A model generated the notes under the pieces. That model did no database searches, was not told the origin of the DNA, and saw only the letters and a program-made list of their open reading frames with translations. A DNA stretch of 53,328 bases, filler included, from Stramenopiles sp. TOSAG23-2 (lineage: Eukaryota), in NCBI GenBank assembly GCA_900128395.1. It is 3 parts of 3 records of this genome, joined end to end, with 100 filler letters (N's around TTAATTAATTAA, not from the genome) between each part and the next. Parts side by side here need not be neighbours in the genome. Positions count along the whole stretch, not along the records: positions 35,621 to 53,328 come from LT649632.1; 2 more parts are not named here. The stretch is one strand, 5' to 3'. Positions 52,121 to 53,328 of this stretch are shown in pieces (the first letter of the stretch is position 1; each line of letters begins with the position of its first letter). The position numbers and the translations under genes are program-made.

Positions 52121-52328
52121 ATTCAATCTATATATGTATTTTACAGAGAGAACTATAGCTCATAAGGCGCGTTTTGATTGACGCCGTTGTTCAATACGCA
52201 CAAAACAAAAAATATAGAAAATAGATTCAATCTATATATGTATTTTACAGAGAGAACTATAGCTCATAAGGCGCGTTTTGATTGACGCCGTTGTTCAATA
52301 CGCACAAAACAAAAAATATAGAAAATAG
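52121..52328. repeat. Perfect 104-bp tandem duplication upstream of ankyrin paralog 1
   Basis: 52121-52224 repeated at 52225-52328. Confidence 0.92.
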
Positions 52329-52862
52329 AAAAAATTTCGTTTTTAGATAAAGGAAAAAATAATTTTTATATTTCTCTCAACCACATCATCTCCATCAAAA
52401 ACAAATACTCTCTCTATAGATCAAATTGCAATTAGTGCAAATGATAAATTAATATTTATATTTATAAATTAAATACACACACCAATCACGCCATATCACC
52501 ACCACCACCATGTATAATCTCAAGTACTGTATTGCATTTGAAAGATATTCAATATCACTCAAATCATTGTAAATTTGACAACTATAACGCGTACATAAAA
52601 TTCATTTTCTGGACCACCAAAACTACCAATATCATATATGTAAATTGTATAAATTTAGAATAGATATTACTGTTCTAGATTTTATATATTTGTGTTTGTT
52701 GTTTGTTGTATACCACCACTTTTTGTCGTCTCTTCTTTTGCCTTTCATCTTTATATAAAAATCTTTTTTGAAAAAGTGAATGTGAAAAGAAACAAACAGA
52801 CTCTCAACAAGCGATGTGCGATGCGGAGTAAAGAAACCTGAATTCGTAAAAAAAATGTTTTA

Positions 52863-53328
52863 TTAATGATTTAAATCACCATTACGAACTCCTACATTTC
52901 TACCATTTTCATCAAAACAATTTGCTTTTCCACCTTTTGAACGTATAAGATCAATGATCTCTTGGTGAATTGGACTATTATGATTAACATATGCCCAGTC
53001 CAGGGGAGTGCGTCCCCCGGCCTTCTTATTAATGCTATTAAGAGACATATTAGTTAATAAGAATTCAATCAACTCAGTATTCTTTTTGTTATACCATGCT
53101 GCATAATGTAATGCATTCACTCCATCCCAGCCATCACTATCTGCAATATTAGGATCAGCTTCACATTGTTCAATTAAATATTGAACTACATGGAAATGTT
53201 CACATCTTGCAGCTGCCACTAAAGGTGTACATTCCCAATAACCAATACTAGCTCTACCGAATTGATTCACCATTTCTTTCAATGTCATATCGTGGTCATT
53301 CACACCTTTCATACGAATATAATATTTA
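52863..53328 (-). CDS. Ankyrin-repeat protein, tandem paralog 2, 5' part beyond contig end
   Basis: Colinear with 51250-52056 including 3' flank; frame open to the window end. Confidence 0.88.
   Translation of the reverse strand, partial: KYYIRMKGVNDHDMTLKEMVNQFGRASIGYWECTPLVAAARCEHFHVVQYLIEQCEADPNIADSDGWDGVNALHYAAWYNKKNTELIEFLLTNMSLNSINKKAGGRTPLDWAYVNHNSPIHQEIIDLIRSKGGKANCFDENGRNVGVRNGDLNH

Noticed and set aside
52121-52328. 104-bp perfect duplication as a functional element
   Set aside because: Zero divergence in an assembly that shows chimera signs; cannot be told from an artefact without reads.
1-53328. tRNA, rRNA, transposase, integrase or viral hallmark genes
   Set aside because: None recognised by eye; small structured RNAs could be missed without covariance searches.

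Overview
This is AT-rich, gene-dense, almost intron-free eukaryotic DNA from a flagellated protist. A marine heterotrophic stramenopile single-cell or metagenome assembly is my inference, not proven. The window is not one locus. Three unlinked contigs of near-identical length (1-17711, 17812-35520, 35621-53328) are joined by artificial 100-nt spacers (N44-TTAATTAATTAA-N44). A shared non-coding motif suggests all three come from one genome. Contig 1: an MSS51-like gene, a PKD2-type channel and a 4148-aa axonemal dynein heavy chain with degenerate ATPase motifs, plus a PIF/Harbinger-type MITE candidate. Contig 2: a secreted esterase with Cys-rich repeats, an SDR fused to a broken amidohydrolase, an ADAR/ADAT1-like deaminase, GNAT, EF-hand, VOC, DUF6314 and MYND genes, and a Reeler-TM protein with an internal signal peptide that would release a histidine-brace, LPMO-fold domain (best novel-system candidate). 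Contig 3: NNT (5' end replaced by an inverted copy of its own 3' end), an NAD-type IDH with EF-hand, a mosaic RBR E3 ligase, a small gene with an in-frame TGA, a CXIP4-like gene and duplicated ankyrin genes. All calls come from reading motifs by eye; no searches were run.
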